A DNA stretch of 64,000 nt, taken from contig OZ242383.1 in NCBI GenBank assembly GCA_965209155.1, positions 2,880,001 through 2,944,000 of the forward strand, written 5' to 3'. Positions 62,629-64,000 of the stretch are shown piece after piece. The notes beneath the pieces were generated by a model. It was not told where the DNA came from, made no database searches, and saw only the letters and a list, made by a program, of their open reading frames with translations. Numbering within the stretch: position 1 is the stretch's first letter; every line of letters starts with the position of its first letter. This DNA is from a bacterium. GTDB taxonomy: Bacteria; SAR324; NAC60-12. Both the position numbers and the translations under genes were made by a program.

Positions 62629-63918
62629 TCAGTGTTGAAGTTCACGCAGAATAAAGACAGGTCTGGCCATATAAGACGCCGCATTGATTTCTGCAGTTGC
62701 TTTTTGCACGATTCCTTCCTGACACGCCTCCAAAGTGAGATGAAAAATCGTTTTTTCCCGACCTCTTTCTCGATGGTGGTATTGTGGTAATTGTTCCAGG
62801 GCATAAATGTTGATGCCGTAATTTGCCAGTAAGTTGCCAATGTTTCCAACAATTCCCGGCTGGTCATTGATGTCAAAACGCAGGGTATGTTTGAAAACGC
62901 ATTCTGAAAAAGGGAGGATATAATCGGGTTGAATCAGCCAACTTGGGGCAGCAGGTGACGTAGCATTCCGGATTTTATGGATGTCGGATACGATCGCGGA
63001 TGCAGTCGGTCGAGCACCCGCTCCTCTGCCAATCAATGATATCTCTTCAGAGTATCTCCCTGTCACGGTGATTATATTGGTAGACCCTGTAATCTTAGCC
63101 AGTGTTCTTTCTTGGGGAATCATCAAAGGCGTGACAAAAACCCGCAACTGATTCTCCTTGCAGCAAAAATACGCCACCAGTTTGATTTTGCGATTCATAC
63201 GCGCCGCGTATTCGAAATCCGGCGATTCCAGTGTATCAATGCCCTCGACTGCAACTTCTTCCACGGGAATCCATTTCCCAGTTATCAGATAAATGAGAAT
63301 CACAATCTTATATCGTGCGTCGTATCCTTTTATGTCATTAGTGGGATCTTGCTCGGCAAAACCTTTTTCTTGAGCCTCCTTCAATGCCACCTCAAAGGAA
63401 ACGCCTCGTTGGTCCATCTCACTCAAAATATAATTCGTCGTCCCGTTGATGATGCCTGAAATTTCTTGAATATCGGGTAATGAAAAATAGTTTTGCATGA
63501 GATGAATCACGGGGATCGCGCCACCAACACTGGCTTCGAAAAGAAAATATTTTTGAACTTGCCTTGCCAGTTTCATCAATTCATGCCCATCAGTGGCGAT
63601 CAGATCTTTATTGGCGCTGATAACGTGTTTTCCGTGATTGAGAGCTTCCTCTATCACGATTTTAGCAAATCCCCGCCCTCCAATTGTCTCGACAATCACA
63701 TCGATTTGAGGATCCTTTACAATTTTTTGGAGATCTTCGACAAACAAATCGGGTTGTTCAGAATAAAATTTTCTGGCATGAGGACCTTTTTTATCGATTT
63801 CCAAAATTTTGACCAGTTGGACGGCCGCCCTCTTTGCGCAATGATCTTGAATGACTGTGGCCACTCCACTTCCAATGGTTCCCAATCCTGCAATAGCGAC
63901 TCGAATAGTTTGATTCAT
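62629..63918 (-). CDS. hom: Homoserine dehydrogenase with ACT domain
   Basis: GLGTIGSG, SANK, FEASVGGAIP, NGTTNYIL, GRGAG, DQPGIV. Confidence 0.95.
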   Translation of the reverse strand: MNQTIRVAIAGLGTIGSGVATVIQDHCAKRAAVQLVKILEIDKKGPHARKFYSEQPDLFVEDLQKIVKDPQIDVIVETIGGRGFAKIVIEEALNHGKHVISANKDLIATDGHELMKLARQVQKYFLFEASVGGAIPVIHLMQNYFSLPDIQEISGIINGTTNYILSEMDQRGVSFEVALKEAQEKGFAEQDPTNDIKGYDARYKIVILIYLITGKWIPVEEVAVEGIDTLESPDFEYAARMNRKIKLVAYFCCKENQLRVFVTPLMIPQERTLAKITGSTNIITVTGRYSEEISLIGRGAGARPTASAIVSDIHKIRNATSPAAPSWLIQPDYILPFSECVFKHTLRFDINDQPGIVGNIGNLLANYGINIYALEQLPQYHHRERGREKTIFHLTLEACQEGIVQKATAEINAASYMARPVFILRELQH

Positions 63919-63946
63919 ATTGCTTTGTTTCCACTCCTTCAAATTT

Positions 63947-64000
63947 TCAGTAACGTTCCATGGTCTTCAGAAACTGCCTCGTCTTTTCCTTCCAAACGTT
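63947..64000 (-). CDS. Possible 3' end of an upstream gene
   Basis: NVWKEKTRQFLKTMERY* ends just before the hom RBS; frame not certain. Confidence 0.3.
   Translation of the reverse strand, partial: NVWKEKTRQFLKTMERY

Overview
Bacterial chromosomal window, mostly housekeeping genes. Gene content suggests a deltaproteobacterial/SAR324-like organism (inference only). Core genes: rpsB-tsf-pyrH-frr-mraY-fabG-acpP-fabF, coaD, ftsL-ftsI, pdxH, pyrG, an lptA-like gene, a class A PBP, ligA-proB, a double-length uvrA, cmoB, an LpoA-like gene and hom. Accessory patches: a GC-rich Cache-protein/PQQ-dehydrogenase block, a P450, VOC genes with lhr, a peptide-ABC module lacking ATPases next to a PhyH dioxygenase, and a toxin/DUF2283 pair followed by an attC-like site. 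Two complete IS elements have visible TIRs and target duplications: IS1595 family at 3619-5025 and an ISKra4-like, frameshifting element at 26218-27700. The most striking unexplained signal is a set of palindromic DNA repeats inserted in frame inside housekeeping genes (uvrA three times, proB, the class A PBP, pyrG, lptA). They are read in different frames and strands and have an intergenic relative, resembling Rickettsia palindromic elements. Also notable are a transposase-less unit with IS200/IS605-like hairpin ends carrying a four-helix-bundle gene enclosed in an inverted-repeat stem, a tandem Cache gene split by one in-frame TAG, and a stand-alone FtsK 4TM domain. No rRNA, tRNA or CRISPR array was recognised. 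All calls are by eye, with no database searches.
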